Shown here: positions 42,790 to 53,650 of the stretch, piece by piece
Numbering within the stretch: position 1 is the stretch's first letter
Layout: each line of letters begins with the position of its first letter
Source of the DNA: Vulcanimicrobiota bacterium
Lineage (GTDB): Bacteria > Vulcanimicrobiota > Vulcanimicrobiia > Vulcanimicrobiales > Vulcanimicrobiaceae
Reading direction: 5' to 3'
Length of the DNA: 64,000 bases
NCBI GenBank assembly: GCA_963723515.1
Contig: CAVRQT010000003.1
Coordinates: 448,001-512,000 of the forward strand
The notes under the pieces: model-generated
What the model saw: only the letters and a program-made list of their open reading frames with translations
Told to the model about the DNA's origin: nothing
The model's database searches: none
Program-made: the position numbers and the translations under genes

Positions 42790-44400
42790 ATGGACGTTCG
42801 CATGCTTGACGGCCGAGGCTATGCGAAGTTCATCATTGCCGGTACCTATTTTCTGAAGAAGTACCGCGGCGTCTTGAACGACCTGAACGTCTTCCCGGTG
42901 CCCGACGGAGATACCGGAACCAACATGTATCTCACGCTGCGCGCCGCTGCGCTGCAAGCCGCTCGCGTGCAAGAGCAGCCGCTCTCTGAGGTCGCGGCCG
43001 TTGCGGCGGAAGGCAGCCTCATGGGGGCGCGCGGTAATTCGGGCGTCATTATCTCGCAGATGTTGCGCGGATTTGCGCACCATATCCGCCATCGCACGGA
43101 GATCGACACCTTTAGCTTGGCGACGGCGATGCGGGAATCGGTTGCGGCCGCGCGTGCGGCCCTCGTCCGGCCACTGGAGGGGACGATTCTCTCCGTCGCT
43201 ACGGCGGCGGCCGATGCGGCATACCGTCTCGCGTTGCATGAAAAAGACTTCTATCGGGTCATCGCCGGCGCACTAGGTGCCGCCGCAAAAGCGCTCGATC
43301 GGACGACCGAACAGTTGCCGGCACTCAAAGAAGCTGGGGTCGTCGACGCTGGCGGCGCCGGCTTCGTCTACTTCATGGAAGGCATCTTACGCTTCTTGCC
43401 GGACGCCAAATCGCGCACGACGGCATTCCCTCGCCGTCCAATCCGGCGCGCCGTCTTTACGCCGCGCCAAACCGTCGGTGTCAATCGCTTCTGCACCGAG
43501 TTTATCGTGCAAAACGCGGATTGCGCGCTCGAACAGTTGCGGCACTCACTTGAATTTTCGGGCGATTCACTGATCGTTGGCGGCGACCGGCCGACGTATC
43601 GGGTTCACCTCCACACAAGCGCACCGGAGCAGGCGCAGCGCGTTGCTGCGAAATTCGGTCAACTGCATCGCATCAAAGTTGAAAATATGGAGCAACAGCA
43701 TCAAGTGCTGTTGGTCGACCGACCGGCTCCCGTCCTGAGCAACGGCGAGAGGCGGGCGTTTTCCGTCGTGGCCGTCGTTCCAGGAGCGGGCTTCCAAAAA
43801 ATTGCGCACGAATTGGGTGCCGAAGTTGCGCTTGTCGCGAACGGAAATCCCAGCGTACAAGAATTGCTTTCCGCGGTCAACGGCACGCTGAGCGACCGCG
43901 TCGTGTTGCTGCCGAACGACGGGAACGTCATGCTTGCCGCTCGCGAAGCGGCTAGCAGATCAGTCCACGAGGTGAACGTTCTTCCCGTCAGCGACATCGT
44001 GGGCGGAATAGCCGCGCTGCTCGCGTTGCGCGGCCGCGAAAGTCCGCCGACGAACGACGAAATCAATGGTGCGGTCGCGCGCACACACAGCGCCGCCGTC
44101 TTCTATGCCGCAAGAGAGGCTATAATCGCCGGTGCTTCTGTAAAGCCGGGGGCCCCGGCGGCACTCTACGACGCGCATCTCTATACCGGCGCGACGCTCG
44201 CAGAGGCAGCGAAAAACGCGCTTTCGGCAATGGACCTCACTCCAGGAGGCCTGATCACCCTGTACTATGGCGGAAACCAGAGCGAGCGCGACGCACTGCG
44301 CATGCGTGACGACTTGCAAGCATCGTCGCTTGGCGCGGAAGTCGAATACTACTTCGGTGGTCAAACGGGTCAGGAATACGTGATTTCATACGATGAATAA
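42790..44400 (+). CDS. DAK2-domain fatty acid kinase subunit FakA/YloV
   Basis: [41 protein letters not shown]. Confidence 0.92.
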   Translation: MDVRMLDGRGYAKFIIAGTYFLKKYRGVLNDLNVFPVPDGDTGTNMYLTLRAAALQAARVQEQPLSEVAAVAAEGSLMGARGNSGVIISQMLRGFAHHIRHRTEIDTFSLATAMRESVAAARAALVRPLEGTILSVATAAADAAYRLALHEKDFYRVIAGALGAAAKALDRTTEQLPALKEAGVVDAGGAGFVYFMEGILRFLPDAKSRTTAFPRRPIRRAVFTPRQTVGVNRFCTEFIVQNADCALEQLRHSLEFSGDSLIVGGDRPTYRVHLHTSAPEQAQRVAAKFGQLHRIKVENMEQQHQVLLVDRPAPVLSNGERRAFSVVAVVPGAGFQKIAHELGAEVALVANGNPSVQELLSAVNGTLSDRVVLLPNDGNVMLAAREAASRSVHEVNVLPVSDIVGGIAALLALRGRESPPTNDEINGAVARTHSAAVFYAAREAIIAGASVKPGAPAALYDAHLYTGATLAEAAKNALSAMDLTPGGLITLYYGGNQSERDALRMRDDLQASSLGAEVEYYFGGQTGQEYVISYDE

Positions 44401-45424
44401 TGCGGCAGCGTCCCACCGGCCGCGGATTGCGGTCGATGCAATGGGAGGCGATTTTGCGCCGCGTGAAATTGCCGCCGGCGCGTTACTTGCGGCGCAGGAA
44501 GATTATGCGGACATCACTTTGATCGGTGATGAAGACCGCATTCGGCCGCTGCTCAAGGGTCCGAGCGCATCGCGCATCGCGCTGCAGCATGCGCCGGAAT
44601 CGGTGCCCATGGATCAGAATCCGTCGGCCGCGCTGCGTTCTGCCGACCGTACGAGTCTGGGAGTCGCCATCAACATGGTGCGCGACGGAAATGCCGACGC
44701 AGTCGTTTCGGCGGGCAACAGCGGCGCATTTTTAGCCATCGCACTGATTCGGTTGCGGACGATAGAAGGAATAGCGCGGCCCGCCATTGCGACCGTTCTT
44801 CCGGCGATCAGCGGGCCAAGCGTGATGCTTGACGCGGGCGCAAACGTCGATTGTCGGCCCGAATGGCTTGAGCAGTTCGCGATCATGGGGTCCGCTTACG
44901 CCCTCGCCGCCCTTCGCATTCCGAATCCGCGCGTGGCTTTGCTTTCAGTGGGTGAAGAGCGAACCAAGGGCAACGCACAAGTTATCGAGGCGGCGAAACG
45001 TCTCGATGAAGCGGCGATCAATTTCGTCGGCAATATCGATGGTAAGGACGTTCTCATGAACGTCGCCGATGTGATCGTCACCGACGGCTTCGTCGGTAAC
45101 GTCGTCCTCAAGGTTGCCGAAGGGATTACCTCAGGGCTCGGGCGCGTTCTGCGCAACTCGCTGCTCAACGGTAACTTGATCAACCGGTTCGGCGCCTTTT
45201 TGATCTTGCCGCCGCTGCGCCGCCTGCGCGAGAAATACAATTATGAGACATACGGCGGCGCGCCGCTGCTCGGATTGCGTGGAAATTGCATCGTTACGCA
45301 TGGAAGAGCGAGCGCAACGGCGCTGGCCAGCGCGATTCGCGCGGCGGCCGATGAAGTGCAGGCCGACGTGATCGGGAAGATCGCGGCGCAGATCGCGCCG
45401 CATATGGCGCGCACCGTAACTTAG
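44393..45424 (+). CDS. plsX: Phosphate acyltransferase
   Basis: AVDAMGGDFAP, SAGNSGA, DAGAN, DGFVGN, GGAPLLG. Confidence 0.96.
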   Translation: MNNAAASHRPRIAVDAMGGDFAPREIAAGALLAAQEDYADITLIGDEDRIRPLLKGPSASRIALQHAPESVPMDQNPSAALRSADRTSLGVAINMVRDGNADAVVSAGNSGAFLAIALIRLRTIEGIARPAIATVLPAISGPSVMLDAGANVDCRPEWLEQFAIMGSAYALAALRIPNPRVALLSVGEERTKGNAQVIEAAKRLDEAAINFVGNIDGKDVLMNVADVIVTDGFVGNVVLKVAEGITSGLGRVLRNSLLNGNLINRFGAFLILPPLRRLREKYNYETYGGAPLLGLRGNCIVTHGRASATALASAIRAAADEVQADVIGKIAAQIAPHMARTVT

Positions 45425-45442
45425 CAAAGAATCACTCGCAAC

Positions 45443-46297
45443 ATGCCCGTCGCCATTGTCACCGATAGCACATCGGACATCGATCCTGCCTATGCTCGGG
45501 AGGCCGGCATCGACGTCGTTCCGCTCTTCGTCATCTTCGGAGAACGAAGTTATCAGGATTATGTCGAGGTAACGCGTGCGCAATTTTACCAACACCTGCA
45601 CGACGATCGAGTGCTTCCAAGCACGTCGCAGCCGACGACGCAGATGTTTGAAGACGTCTTCCAAGGGCACGTTTCAGCGGGCCGCGAGGTCGTCTGCATC
45701 GTGATCTCTCAGACGTTATCGGGCACGATGAATGCGGCCTTAAGCGCTGCAAAGTGCGCTAACGGCACGGTTCACGTTGTTGATTCACAGACGGTTGCCG
45801 GCGGCTTACGCATGCAAGTCGAGCAGGCGGTCCGCTTAAGCAAACGCGGCGCATCGGCAGATGAGATCGTCCAAACGCTTCGCCAAGATTGGCAGGCGCA
45901 GCGTCTCTTTGCGATCGCGCCCGACCTCTCGCATCTCGAGCGAACCGGGCGAATCGGCAAGGCCAAGGCGGTCTTAGGAACGCTGCTGCGAATTGTTCCC
46001 GTGCTCCGTCTGCGTGAGGGGAACGTCGAAGTCGAAGCGCAGGTCCGCACGTTCAATCGAGCGGTCGAAGCGATGATCGAAGCGGCGTTGGGGCAGATTC
46101 AGGAGTATGGCACAACCCGTTTGCTGGTCATGCATACAAATGCGAGCGCGCTTGCGCAGCGCGTGCTCGAAGATTTGAAAGGAAAACTCTCGCAGCCGGT
46201 GCGATCGCTCGGGATCCTGGAGGCGGGCCCAGTGATCGCCGCGCACGCCGGACCGGGAGCGGTCGGAGTCTTCTATCTGAACGATCGAGTGGCGTGA
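45443..46297 (+). CDS. DegV-family fatty acid-binding protein (FakB-like)
   Basis: IVTDSTSD, PSTSQP, LSGT, VVDS, GRIGK, HAGPG. Confidence 0.93.
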   Translation: MPVAIVTDSTSDIDPAYAREAGIDVVPLFVIFGERSYQDYVEVTRAQFYQHLHDDRVLPSTSQPTTQMFEDVFQGHVSAGREVVCIVISQTLSGTMNAALSAAKCANGTVHVVDSQTVAGGLRMQVEQAVRLSKRGASADEIVQTLRQDWQAQRLFAIAPDLSHLERTGRIGKAKAVLGTLLRIVPVLRLREGNVEVEAQVRTFNRAVEAMIEAALGQIQEYGTTRLLVMHTNASALAQRVLEDLKGKLSQPVRSLGILEAGPVIAAHAGPGAVGVFYLNDRVA

Positions 46298-47412
46298 CCG
46301 GGATTTACGTCCATCTGCCGTTTTGCCCGTACATCTGTCCGTATTGCGATTTTGCGAAGTGGCCGTTTCGCCGTTCCGATGCCGATCGTTATCTGCGCGC
46401 ACTTCGACGTGAAATCGCGCAAGCACCGAAATGTTCGGCGCATACCTTATACTTCGGCGGCGGAACACCGAACACATATGCTCGGGGCGAGATCGCTTCG
46501 CTCGTCGAGTTGCTACGAGCGCGCTTTGGGTCGTTCGAAGAAGCGAGCATTGAAGTCAATCCGGAACTGCTTACGGTAGAAACCTTGCAAACCTATGCCG
46601 CCGCCGGCATCGACCGGCTCTCGATCGGCGTGCAATCGATGGTCGAGCAAGAAATTGCGACGCTGGGGCGCGGGCACTCTCCGCGTGACGTTGCGCCCGT
46701 CGTTGCAGCAGCGCGCCAGGCCGGCATGCGCTCGATTTCGATCGACCTGATCTTCGCTGTTCCGGGACAGACGCTCGCCAGTTGGTCTGAAACGTTGGAA
46801 AAGACGATTGCTATTGCGCCCGACCATCTCTCGATATATGGCCTAACCGTTGAAGAAGGAACGCCGTTTTGGACATGGCGCGAGCAAGAACCGGCAGCCT
46901 TCTTCGATGATGCGGCCGAAGCCGCGCTCTACGAACGCGGCATTGAAGCGCTCACGCGCGCTGGGTATGAGCAATACGAGGTGAGCAACTTTGCGCGTCC
47001 CGGCCATCGCTGTAAGCACAACATGAATTATTGGCAGAACGGAGAGTACTTGGGTTTGGGTGTCGGTGCCGCATCGTATCGCGACGGCGAGCGCTCCATT
47101 CACACCCGTGAACTCGCCGAATATCTTTCAGCGGTCGAAAATGGAAAATCGATTCCAGCCGAGCGAGAGATGCTGCGTGATGCCGCGCGCACGGGAGAGG
47201 CCGCAATGCTCGCGCTCAGAACGAGCACCGGCGTCCGTTTCGCGGATTTTAATGAACGCTATGGGATCGATTTCTTGCAATTCTACGCGCCGGTAATCGG
47301 CGATCTTCGTGCGGCCGGCTTGCTTGACGTCGATGAGGCGTCGGCGCGGCTGACCAAGCGCGGCCTCTTCTTGGCGAACGACGTTTGCGGAGCGTTCGTC
47401 ACATTCGCGTAA
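46294..47412 (+). CDS. hemW: Radical SAM heme chaperone (HemN-like)
   Basis: [32 protein letters not shown]. Confidence 0.9.
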   Translation: MTGIYVHLPFCPYICPYCDFAKWPFRRSDADRYLRALRREIAQAPKCSAHTLYFGGGTPNTYARGEIASLVELLRARFGSFEEASIEVNPELLTVETLQTYAAAGIDRLSIGVQSMVEQEIATLGRGHSPRDVAPVVAAARQAGMRSISIDLIFAVPGQTLASWSETLEKTIAIAPDHLSIYGLTVEEGTPFWTWREQEPAAFFDDAAEAALYERGIEALTRAGYEQYEVSNFARPGHRCKHNMNYWQNGEYLGLGVGAASYRDGERSIHTRELAEYLSAVENGKSIPAEREMLRDAARTGEAAMLALRTSTGVRFADFNERYGIDFLQFYAPVIGDLRAAGLLDVDEASARLTKRGLFLANDVCGAFVTFA

Positions 47413-48488
47413 GAACGGCCGACTTCTCCGGTACGCTGCTGCGCTTCGTATTCGCAGCAGTCTTTGGCGTGACCGGGTTCTTGTTAGGGCGGGAAGCGTA
47501 CTTACATCTATTCTCGCTTCACTTTGCCAACGAAGCGATGCAGATCGTCTTGACGATTCTCTCGCCCGTCATCGGCGCGGTGCTCGGCGTCGCGCTGGCG
47601 CCGGTTGCGCAATCATTCTTTGAAGACGAGCTAAACGCGGTTGAACTAGCCATCGACCGGCTCGCCCCCGCTGAGCTCGCTGGCGGCGCGGTCGGTCTCA
47701 TCGTCGGTTTGGTCGTCGCGTTTTTGATCAAAAACATCCTTTTCGAGTTCATTACGGTCGCCGGTCGTGCAGGCAGCTACATCGCGATCCTGCTCTACAT
47801 CATTATCAGCGTCTTTACCGCGTACTTGGGCGCTCGCGTCGGCGCAAAGCAACGGATCGTGCCACTCCCGGAGCACTCGACGCTGACGACGGTCGGTGCC
47901 AATCCGAAGATTGTCGATACTTCCGTAATCGTCGACGGCCGAATTACGGAAATCGTTGAGAGCGGTTTTCTCGAAGGTCCGTTGATTCTGCCGCGGTTCG
48001 TTTTGCGCGAACTGCAACTGATTGCCGACTCGCTTGACTCGATTAAGCGAGTGCGAGGGCGGCGCGGGTTGGAAGTGCTCAGCCGCCTCCAGGAGTTTAC
48101 GGCCGTTCAGATCAGCGAGCGCGATTATCCCGATGTCGTCGGCGCAGCCGTGGACGCAAAACTGGTTCGCCTTGCACAGGAGCTCAACGCCAAACTGCTC
48201 ACCAACGACTACAATTTGAACAAAGTCGCGCAAGTTGAGGGCGTAGCGGTGCTCAACATCAACGAGCTCGCGAACGCGGTGAAGCCGGTCGTTCTGCCGG
48301 GGGAGGAGCTCCACATTCAAGTGATTCGTGAAGGCAAGGAGCCGCATCAAGGTGTCGGATATTTAGACGACGGGACGATGATCGTCGTCGAAAATGGCCG
48401 CCGGTTGCTCGGTGAGGCGACCGACGTCGTGGTGACGAGCGTCTTACAAACCGTTGCCGGCCGAATGATCTTCGCCCGCGTGAAGTGA
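47385..48488 (+). CDS. PIN/TRAM domain membrane protein (YacL-like)
   Basis: Four transmembrane helices, [38 protein letters not shown]. Confidence 0.93.
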   Translation: MRSVRHIRVRTADFSGTLLRFVFAAVFGVTGFLLGREAYLHLFSLHFANEAMQIVLTILSPVIGAVLGVALAPVAQSFFEDELNAVELAIDRLAPAELAGGAVGLIVGLVVAFLIKNILFEFITVAGRAGSYIAILLYIIISVFTAYLGARVGAKQRIVPLPEHSTLTTVGANPKIVDTSVIVDGRITEIVESGFLEGPLILPRFVLRELQLIADSLDSIKRVRGRRGLEVLSRLQEFTAVQISERDYPDVVGAAVDAKLVRLAQELNAKLLTNDYNLNKVAQVEGVAVLNINELANAVKPVVLPGEELHIQVIREGKEPHQGVGYLDDGTMIVVENGRRLLGEATDVVVTSVLQTVAGRMIFARVK

Positions 48489-48495
48489 GGGAGAG

Positions 48496-49266
48496 ATGAC
48501 CGTTGTACATTGGGGTGCGGTGATTGTCGCGGCCGGGAAAGGCACGCGATTCGGCCGGCCGAAGCAGCTCGAAGAAGTAGCCGGGGCACCGCTGCTTGCC
48601 TGGTCGTTGCGAACGCTTGCTGCGATGCCTGAAGTTTCGGACGTCGTCGTCGCTACCGAGCCTGACATTATCGAACCGGTGACGACGCTTGTGGCGTCGA
48701 TCGCCGGCGAAAAGCCGTACAGCGTCGTCCACGGCGGCGAGACGCGCCAACAGAGTGCAAGCTCGGGCCTCGAGGCGCTCCCCGAACGGTGCGACGGCGT
48801 TTTGATTCATGACGGGGCTCGCCCGCTGGTACTGGCAAGCGACGTGCGCAACGCGATGAGCGTCGTCAAAGACGGCCGTGCGGCCGTGCTTGGGACGCCC
48901 GTCGTCGATACGATTAAGGTCGTTGAGAAGAAGCGCTCGCAGGTCATGCGCACGCTGGATCGCGAGGAGTTGTGGGCGGCGCAAACGCCGCAGCTCGCTA
49001 CGCGCCACGATTTGCGCAACGCGCATATCGAAGCGCTCAAAGGCGAGGTGTCGGCCTCAGATGATGCGACGCTTCTCGAGCGGCTTGGATTGGAAGTGGT
49101 CATGCTGGCGGCTTCACCCGATAACTTTAAGGTGACGCATCCGGAGGATCTCGCGCGCGCCGCCTACTTGTTGCGTGAGCGTGCGCCAATCACATCCGAA
49201 CTTGGAGGAAGTCGTGCTGCTGGAAGCATTCGTGCCGGAGCCGTCGGTGGAAGCGATTTGCGCTGA
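48496..49266 (+). CDS. ispD: MEP cytidylyltransferase
   Basis: AAGKGTRFG..KQ, GGETRQ, IHDGARP, AQTPQ, DD, NFKVT.PED. Confidence 0.95.
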   Translation: MTVVHWGAVIVAAGKGTRFGRPKQLEEVAGAPLLAWSLRTLAAMPEVSDVVVATEPDIIEPVTTLVASIAGEKPYSVVHGGETRQQSASSGLEALPERCDGVLIHDGARPLVLASDVRNAMSVVKDGRAAVLGTPVVDTIKVVEKKRSQVMRTLDREELWAAQTPQLATRHDLRNAHIEALKGEVSASDDATLLERLGLEVVMLAASPDNFKVTHPEDLARAAYLLRERAPITSELGGSRAAGSIRAGAVGGSDLR

Positions 49267-49477
49267 AATCGAGCGGCAAGACGGCACGGTCGACGGCATC
49301 GACCGCGATCTGCCGGCCGGAGCAGCGGTGCGCGCATACATTACATCGGAGAAAGTCTCCCGCTTTGCGGAGCATTTCGAGCGTTTGGCCGGTGCACAAG
49401 CGACCTACACGACGCGCTTTGCGCATTTCGCACCGCGCGTTGCAAGCGCGCCGTTGGCCGGCGCTCCGGCGAGCTAA
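49202..49477 (+). CDS. EF-G domain V-like small domain, probably the frameshifted C-terminus of IspD
   Basis: [14 protein letters not shown]...G...G.....VRAY...[12 protein letters not shown] parallels EF-G domain V. Fills the ispD-ispF gap. Confidence 0.55.
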   Translation: MEEVVLLEAFVPEPSVEAICAEIERQDGTVDGIDRDLPAGAAVRAYITSEKVSRFAEHFERLAGAQATYTTRFAHFAPRVASAPLAGAPAS

Positions 49478-49485
49478 CAACTGCG

Positions 49486-49953
49486 GTGCGCATCGGTCAT
49501 GGCTTCGACGCTCACCGTCTCATCGAGGGGCGGCCGCTTGTTCTCGGCGGAGTCGAGATCCCGTTCGAACGCGGCGTGCTTGGGCACTCTGACGGCGATG
49601 CGCTCTGCCATGCAGTTGCCGACGCGCTGCTCGGGGCGGCGGCCTTAGGCGATTTGGGCAAATACTTTCCCGATACGGATGCTCGCTGGAAGGATGCTCG
49701 CTCCATTGAATTGCTGCGCATCTGCGGCGACAAAGTTCGCGCGGCAGGTTTGCAAATCGCAAACGTTGACGCGACCGTGGTCCTGGAGCGGCCAAAATTG
49801 GCGCAACATATTGAAGCGATGCGCGCCGCCCTTGCGCATGCGCTCGACCTTCCGGAATCCGCCGTCAGCGTCAAAGCCAAGACGAGCGAGGGCCTCGGCT
49901 TTACCGGCGATGGGAGCGGCATTGTTGCCTACGCCGTAACCGTGCTGCAGTGA
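49486..49953 (+). CDS. ispF: MECDP synthase
   Basis: [31 protein letters not shown]. Confidence 0.96.
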   Translation: MRIGHGFDAHRLIEGRPLVLGGVEIPFERGVLGHSDGDALCHAVADALLGAAALGDLGKYFPDTDARWKDARSIELLRICGDKVRAAGLQIANVDATVVLERPKLAQHIEAMRAALAHALDLPESAVSVKAKTSEGLGFTGDGSGIVAYAVTVLQ

Positions 49954-50504
49954 ATGGATCAACACTCTCGCGTGATGAGATCGCGCGAGCGATGCAAGAA
50001 GCGCGCCTTCTCGAAAATCCCGCGCCGGATGCAGCGCTGCGTTGGATTGACACATTCTTGGACGCCTATCGGTCTGAGGCCACGTCGATCGAGCGAGCGT
50101 TGCAGCGAGTGCGCGCATTGCGTGCTGAAGCGATCACTGTCCCGGCGCTTGAGCTCGAGCGATTGCGCTCGCGTGAGGTGCTCTTTTTCCTCGATGCGGT
50201 CGGTCAATACGTCGATGACCAGCCCGAGCTTCGCGGTTTGCCGCTCGAGCACGATTTGCAAGAGATTGCGGCCGAGTTCGGATTACCGGCGGAAGCGGCA
50301 TGCGATGCCGTGCGGATGGCGCTTACGGGAGAAGCAGAAGGGCCGCCGTTGGAATTGCTCTTCCCGCTGCTCGGTCACGATCGCATTCTGATCCGCATCG
50401 GCGCCATTTCTTCGCGACTGCTTCACGGGCGCGGCCTCGAGCCGATCAAGTATGGACCGGACGGTAAGCCGTTTGAACCGCTCCGTGGAGCGAAGCCGCA
50501 TTAA
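49950..50504 (+). CDS. Stand-alone GluRS anticodon-binding-domain-like protein
   Basis: [30 protein letters not shown]. No HIGH or KMSKS motif. Occupies the usual gltX position. Confidence 0.65.
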   Translation: MNGSTLSRDEIARAMQEARLLENPAPDAALRWIDTFLDAYRSEATSIERALQRVRALRAEAITVPALELERLRSREVLFFLDAVGQYVDDQPELRGLPLEHDLQEIAAEFGLPAEAACDAVRMALTGEAEGPPLELLFPLLGHDRILIRIGAISSRLLHGRGLEPIKYGPDGKPFEPLRGAKPH

Positions 50505-50559
50505 CTAGGCAAGCAACTCCACAGCGCGCTGTGCGGTTACGATAAGAAGTACGAACGAG

Positions 50560-51231
50560 ATGAACAATCCGCTGCGCACGCTTCTCGCCGACCTCGATGC
50601 TCCGCTGGCGCGCGATCCGGCAGCGCGCGGACGCCTTGATGTCTTGCTCTCATATCCGGGCTTTCACGCGATCGCCGGCCATCGTCTGATTCACGCGCTC
50701 TATAAAACGGGCGTGCCGCTGCTGCCTCGTTTCTTAGCGCATATCAATCGCTTTGTTACAGGAATCGAGATTCATCCGGCCGCGCGGATCGGCTCGGGAC
50801 TTTTTATCGACCACGGCATGGGAGTGGTTATCGGCGAGACGTCGGAGATCGGTGAAAACGTGACGCTCTACCAAGGCGTCACGTTGGGCGGTACGAGCTT
50901 GCAACATGGCAAACGCCATCCCACGCTGCGCGACAATGTAACGGTCGGGGTGAACGCTGCTCTCTTGGGAGCGATTACGATCGGTCAGAATTCTCGCGTG
51001 GGGGCGGGGTCCGTCGTCGTAAAGGATGTGCCGGCGAATGCGACAGTGGTCGGCATTCCGGCGAGAGTCGTCTTGCAAGACGGACAACCCGTGCACGGCG
51101 TCTCAACTCGGCCGCAAGTCGACATGCCGGATCCCAATGCGCAGCTCATCGCCCAGCTGACGCGCCGTGTCGAAGATTTAGAGCGGCGCCTGGTTGAGCT
51201 GACGCAGATGAATGTCCCTAAAGCTATATAA
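50560..51231 (+). CDS. cysE: Serine O-acetyltransferase
   Basis: RDPAA, YPGFHA, GIEIHP, FIDHGMG, KRHPT. Confidence 0.96.
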   Translation: MNNPLRTLLADLDAPLARDPAARGRLDVLLSYPGFHAIAGHRLIHALYKTGVPLLPRFLAHINRFVTGIEIHPAARIGSGLFIDHGMGVVIGETSEIGENVTLYQGVTLGGTSLQHGKRHPTLRDNVTVGVNAALLGAITIGQNSRVGAGSVVVKDVPANATVVGIPARVVLQDGQPVHGVSTRPQVDMPDPNAQLIAQLTRRVEDLERRLVELTQMNVPKAI

Positions 51232-52714
51232 CACTCGCACGCGCACGGTCGAACCGTTCGAGCCGCTTTCGCCGCCGAGCGTTTCGCTGTATGTCTGCGG
51301 TCTGACGCCCAGTGCGCAAGCGCACGTCGGGCACGCGCGCACCTATCTCTTCTTCGATATCCTGCGCCGCTTTTTGGAGCACAAGGGCTACATGGTTCGC
51401 TACGTTCAGAACGTGACGGACATCGACGATCGCAGCATCGCCGAAGCGCTGGCAAAAGGTGAAGATTGGCGCGAAATCGTCGGCAAATACTACGCGTCGT
51501 TTAAAGCGTCGATGAAAAAGCTTGGTCTCTTGCCGCTGGATCCCGGATCCGAACCGCGCGCAACGGAATACGTACCGCAGATCATCGCGATGATCGCCGA
51601 GCTCGTAGAGCGCGGCTTTGCCTATACGGCAAAAGACGGCGTCTACTATCGCGTCGCGCGGTTTTCGCAGTACGGTAAACTGGCAAACCGTAATCTTGCG
51701 GAATTGGAGGCGGGCGCGCGCATCGAAGTCGATGAGTTCAAGGAAGATCCGCTGGACTTTGCGCTCTGGAAATTTGCAAAACCCGGCGAGCCATCTTGGG
51801 AATCGCCCTGGGGCGCTGGGCGGCCGGGTTGGCACATCGAGTGCTCGGCGATGGCGCGCGAGCTGCTCGGCGATCAATTCGATCTGCACGGCGGCGGCGC
51901 GGACTTGATCTTTCCGCATCACGAGAACGAAATCGCACAAAGCGAGCCGGTGATCCACAAGCATCCGATGGCAAACTTCTGGGTTCACGGCGGTCTGTTG
52001 CTTTTTGAAACGCGCAAGATGTCGAAATCGCTCGGAAACTTTGAACCGCTCTACCAATTGCTGGAGCGACACGATCCGCAGGCGGTCCGCCTCTTGTTTT
52101 TGCAGACCGGCTACAGTAAGGTGATGAATTTCCGCGAGGAGGCGATCGCCGCCGCGAATGTGACGCTAGAAACACTCCGGCAAAATTACCGGCTGCTGGA
52201 TGCCTTTGCGCGTTCGGACGACGAGAGCGGTTCGTGGCCGGTTTCTTTTAGCGTGCAAATGCAGCGCGGGGACTACCGTGAATTTGCTGAAGCGGTCGAA
52301 TCTGCGCTCGACGAAGATATGAACACCGCCTCCGCGTTGCGCGAAGGCTTGAGTTTTGCGGCGCTTGCGCCTGCCTTTGAGGGACATGCTGCCGCGGCGG
52401 CTGCGGCGCGGGATACATTGTCCTATTGGCTGACGATCTTAGGCTTAGCGCCCAACGAAACGTGGTTGCAAGAACGCGTCGCGCAATTGCCTGCCGACTT
52501 TCTCGACTGCTTGAAAAAACGGCTGGACGGCGCGGTATCGCTTTCGGCTGCCGCTTCGGCTGATGAGGCCATTCAGATCGTCATCGACATTCGCACGAAG
52601 GCGCGCGCGGAAAAGCGTTGGGCTGAATCGGATCGGTTGCGCGATGCGCTTGCGCGCTGCGGCGTCGCGCTCGAGGACACTCGAGAGGGAACCACGTGGA
52701 CCGTCGCCCGCTGA
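51212..52714 (+). CDS. cysS: Cysteine-tRNA ligase
   Basis: YVCGLT..HVGH, DFALWK, GRPGWHIECS, FPHHENE, KMSKS. Confidence 0.97.
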   Translation: MSLKLYNTRTRTVEPFEPLSPPSVSLYVCGLTPSAQAHVGHARTYLFFDILRRFLEHKGYMVRYVQNVTDIDDRSIAEALAKGEDWREIVGKYYASFKASMKKLGLLPLDPGSEPRATEYVPQIIAMIAELVERGFAYTAKDGVYYRVARFSQYGKLANRNLAELEAGARIEVDEFKEDPLDFALWKFAKPGEPSWESPWGAGRPGWHIECSAMARELLGDQFDLHGGGADLIFPHHENEIAQSEPVIHKHPMANFWVHGGLLLFETRKMSKSLGNFEPLYQLLERHDPQAVRLLFLQTGYSKVMNFREEAIAAANVTLETLRQNYRLLDAFARSDDESGSWPVSFSVQMQRGDYREFAEAVESALDEDMNTASALREGLSFAALAPAFEGHAAAAAAARDTLSYWLTILGLAPNETWLQERVAQLPADFLDCLKKRLDGAVSLSAAASADEAIQIVIDIRTKARAEKRWAESDRLRDALARCGVALEDTREGTTWTVAR

Positions 52715-53475
52715 GGCGGCGGCAATGGAATCGAGCCTCGCTCGATGATGCGATTTACGGCGTGCACGCAGTTGAGGAAGCACTTGCCGCGGCGGATGCG
52801 CCGCTGAGCGTGCATCTCGGTGAAGACCGTAAGCGTGACCCGGCGGTTCGGCGGTTGCTGGAGCGGGCGTCGTCACGCAACGTCGCCGTGCGCTTCGAGG
52901 GGCCGGCGTACTTTGCGCAATTCCCATACAAAGCCCATCAGCGTGTCATCGCCTTCGGGCAGCCGTTTAACTACGCGACGCTTGATGATGTTGTCTATGG
53001 AAAACGCAGCGGCTCGCTGCTCGCGGTCGTTCTCGACCACATCACGGATCCGCACAACACCGGCGCGATTTTGCGAACCGCTGAAGCAGCCGGCGTCAAT
53101 GGGGTGATCCTCCCTGACCGGCGGGCTGCGGCCGTCAATCCGACGGTGCGCAAAGTCGCCGCCGGTGCTTCCGCACACCTGCCGATTGCGCGTGTCACGA
53201 ACGTGGCGCAAACGCTTCGCACGCTCAAGAAAAGCGGCGTGTGGATTCTGGGTGCCTATACGGGCGATGACGCCGCATTGCCCTATACGCAAGTGGACTG
53301 GAAGCGAGATCTTGTGCTGGTCATCGGCGCTGAAGATACGGGAATTTCACGCGTTGCGCGGAGCGAATGCGACGAGCTGGTTCACATCCCGATGCACGGC
53401 AAGGTCGCCTCGTTGAATGCCTCCGTGGCGGCCGCGATTTTGCTCTACGAAGCGGTCAGGCAGCGCAGCAGCTAA
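52696..53475 (+). CDS. rlmB: 23S rRNA Gm2251 methyltransferase (TrmH family)
   Basis: IYGVHAV, DPHN.GAI.R, IGAE, IPM.GKVASLNASVA. Confidence 0.92.
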   Translation: MDRRPLRRRQWNRASLDDAIYGVHAVEEALAAADAPLSVHLGEDRKRDPAVRRLLERASSRNVAVRFEGPAYFAQFPYKAHQRVIAFGQPFNYATLDDVVYGKRSGSLLAVVLDHITDPHNTGAILRTAEAAGVNGVILPDRRAAAVNPTVRKVAAGASAHLPIARVTNVAQTLRTLKKSGVWILGAYTGDDAALPYTQVDWKRDLVLVIGAEDTGISRVARSECDELVHIPMHGKVASLNASVAAAILLYEAVRQRSS

Positions 53476-53513
53476 GACGAGGGATAGGCGCCTGGTCTCC
53501 AAGACAAGCAAGC

Positions 53514-53576
53514 TGTGGATAACTTGAAAAGGCAACGATTTTTCGCCTTGACGCGCCAGGGGCGTCCTCCTATACT
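53514..53576 (+). promoter_or_regulatory. Sigma70 promoter of sigH with a perfect upstream DnaA box
   Basis: TGTGGATAA 53514-53522 (reverse complement TTATCCACA). TTGACG(53548)-17-TATACT(53571). Confidence 0.7.
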
Positions 53577-53650
53577 AAACGACGATGTGCCGAGCTCGAC
53601 GGGCCCAGGCTTGCGATTTTCGTCACATCCTCCCCAAGAGGGCACGTTAA

